A stretch of DNA of 64,000 nucleotides from Eutreptiella sp. 'Long Island Sound 2002'. Taxonomy: Eukaryota > Protista > Euglenida. The notes under the pieces were generated by a model. The model worked only from the letters and a program-made list of their open reading frames with translations. It searched no databases and had not been told where the DNA came from. The DNA lies in NCBI GenBank assembly GCA_964036045.1, contig OZ038378.1, positions 15,810,001 to 15,874,000 on the forward strand, given 5' to 3'. This document shows positions 61,801 through 64,000 of the stretch, one piece after another (position 1 is the stretch's first letter; each line of letters begins with the position of its first letter). A program made the position numbers and the translations under genes.

Positions 61801-62602
61801 TTTATGCCTGCTGGCCTACACGCCTCTCCGCTCTTCCTCCGGGCCCCTCGGCACTAGTGTCAACGCAGGCGCTCAATACATTGTTGATCTATTCTACCAC
61901 CTCCCAAACACCTCTCTTTGCAAGAGCCTCCTCATCCAACACTACGGACCACGGCCTCGTCCTAGTGTCCCGCAACTGACGGCTAGGTTCGCTGGGTGGT
62001 ATTGCTTGCCTGGTGTGTGGCTTGGCCAAGAGGGCTTCCGCTTTGGTTGCTTGACCCTTGCCTCCTCGAGTCTTGGGGTGTTGTTGGGGAAGGTCCTCCA
62101 AAGTCTCTGCCGAAACATTCGCATCCACAACCTTGGCCGCAACTCTTGCAACCTTGACACCCTCCATCTGGTGCGCATCTATATCACCTTTAGGCCGCAA
62201 CCCAGTCCCTCCTGTTGCACCTAATCTGGTATTGCATGGTCTGACCAAACCCCTGAGCTTGCTTCAAGTTCGTTTGCAGCCTCACTTTGCACGAAGAGGT
62301 GGCCCAATTAAGTCTCAGTGCATGTAGCTATGCTCGGCAACTTCATGCCCAAACCGGTGACCGCCAAGCCTCCTCATACATCTTTAGAGTAGGAGGCCAT
62401 GACAGCTTTGGAGGGAGCCATGGGGCAAGAGGTCACCCTCAAGGCAAAGGTGGACATCTCTGTGACGTCGGACAACCCCAGAGCAGCCCACTCCACAAGA
62501 GGATAGGCATCGTTTAAAGTCCCAGGCGCTCTTGCTAAAGGATGGTTAGGGTGTTAGTAGGTTGGGGTTGGCTAGTGCCCGCACCATCCCTGCTTGTATT
62601 GC
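58899..62602. repeat. 3.7-kb near-identical segmental duplication, copy 2
   Basis: Matches 53673-57376 from gaggccatgacagc to tccctgcttgtattgc. Confidence 0.96.
61076..62248 (-). pseudogene. Non-LTR RT unit U3 (duplicate of U2)
   Basis: Same motifs and same deletion, offset 5226 bp. Confidence 0.88.
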
Positions 62603-63328
62603 ACCGGACCAAAGAGCACAAATAGGAGACGTGCACTACACACATTTCATGCACATTGATGCATGCATGGAATGTGCCTGGCACCACATGGCATGTCGAA
62701 AAAGGGAACTTGGAATCCCTCGATAGGTCAACTCTTCCACATTACGCAACCGGGAAGTCAAACAAATAAATGGCTTTATGGGTCCATCTCTCTCTTATGG
62801 GAAGTGGTGTCCCTGTCTCATAGGGAAACCACCCTCCCACTGCTACCAAAGCCACAGTTCTGCACAGGGTGTAGTTTAGCACTCTGATGTCTTGCTGTAG
62901 TGCTTGTTCGTGATGGTCCATAATCATGAGTCCGGTCGTGCGCCCTGTGCCCCCCCCTCCCCCCGGGTGGAACATACAAGGGTTGTGCACATCGAGGCAT
63001 CGTCAAGTATGCTGCCAACTGCACATCTGCTAGCCATTCCCGCGGCTCAAATCCTGCAGAGCATCAACAAGGGCAGCAATGGCAAACAAGCCACAAAAAA
63101 CAGTCCAACAGGGGGGTGTTGGCCGGCGCGATGGGGCTACACAAATTTCGTGCCACACTACCACCGGTGCAAAGGCGCCTGGTCGAGGTCACACCCACGG
63201 ACATGGGGTTCGCCTATCATAAGGCCAGGGCGACCCACAACACAAGAGGGCTGGGCACGAGACTCACACGGGCACCAATGCATGTGTGGTGATGCACGCA
63301 TATGCAGGTGCCCTTGGTTTGTAGACAC

Positions 63329-63870
63329 CTAGTTTGGTTTACTGTTGAATTCGGGGAGCGTAAGCCCAGCGCCGAGCATGCGAATAGTCATGTGCCAACT
63401 AATCAGAATTTGCTCCTTATCTTGACTACTTAGGTCAAGGGTGAGACTCAACAAATCCAATTCCTGTCTTGCTGAACTCTGCGAAATGCCCAACTCTGCA
63501 CCATAACATCCATAAAGCCCACAAGACCACTCGTTGTCTTGATAGACACCACAAAATGTTCGAGGTGCAATGGTTTTTGGTTTTCGCAATGGAAGGTGCC
63601 TATTATGCACCAACCAATGACTCTCCAGCATGCCCCAAAGAAGTTGTGCACGCCGTGAACGCGTGGCGGAACCGTGAGCAAGGGAATCGAGGAGCCAGAT
63701 TTCCGGGGAGAAGTTGAGGTTAACAGAGACTGCTACGCACCAATGCGCCTGATCGCCACACATCAGAAACACCGACCGGAGCAGAAAAGTGTTTTCCTTA
63801 ATGGGCCATTTCTTGCTTTGCCAAAGAGTGACGGCGAAAACCACAACCTCATTTTCTTGCTGCCGCCGTT
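63329..63870 (-). CDS. Ulp1/peptidase C48 (SUMO protease-like) domain, probably transposon-borne; partial
   Basis: Stop-free frame with catalytic residues in order: QAHWCVAV (His), IWLLDSL (Asp), QDNEWSCGLY (Gln, Cys). No credible start; the 3' end abuts a repeat junction. Confidence 0.75.
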
Positions 63871-63872
63871 CA

Positions 63873-63892
63873 AGATAGATAGATAGATAGAG
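63873..63892. repeat. Short (GATA)n tract
   Basis: gatagatagatagatagag. Confidence 0.85.
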
Positions 63893-64000
63893 GGTGGCCA
63901 CAAACGCAGCCTTGTCTCACATCCCCTTGGTCATTTTACATGGTGGCCGCCCCTGGCCGGAAGGTGAGCTCTCCACCATTGGTTTCCCTTGGGTCCCGCC

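Overview
Repeat-saturated eukaryotic DNA with no intact host gene, rRNA, true tRNA or CRISPR array. Two euglenid spliced-leader (SL)-like sequences (7170-7194 and 52730-52753, minus strand) point to a euglenid host, possibly Eutreptiella-like (inference). Layout: an 85-bp satellite (1-4575) ending in (TA)n; then three tandem, increasingly similar copies of a 3-5 kb composite unit built from relatives of the satellite monomer, a tRNA-derived head and LINE 3' remnants (8.6-20.8 kb). From 21 to 43 kb lie nested degenerate Ty3/Gypsy pol copies, a MULE/IS256-type transposase pseudogene, and a hAT transposase split by a 2-kb Helentron/Helitron2-like insert and then duplicated (A-A-B-A-B). From 44 to 64 kb lie a Transib/RAG1-core-like remnant, three tandem non-LTR RT units (two within a near-identical 3.7-kb duplication), a degenerate SWIM fragment and a Ulp1/C48 protease ORF. 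Best leads: SL-capped inserts sitting inside dead transposons (possible mRNA-to-genome recycling), the Helentron-like element with GAA mini-hairpin ends, the tRNA-head-plus-array family related to the satellite, and the RAG1/Transib-like remnant. All domain calls are by-eye motif recognition, not database searches.
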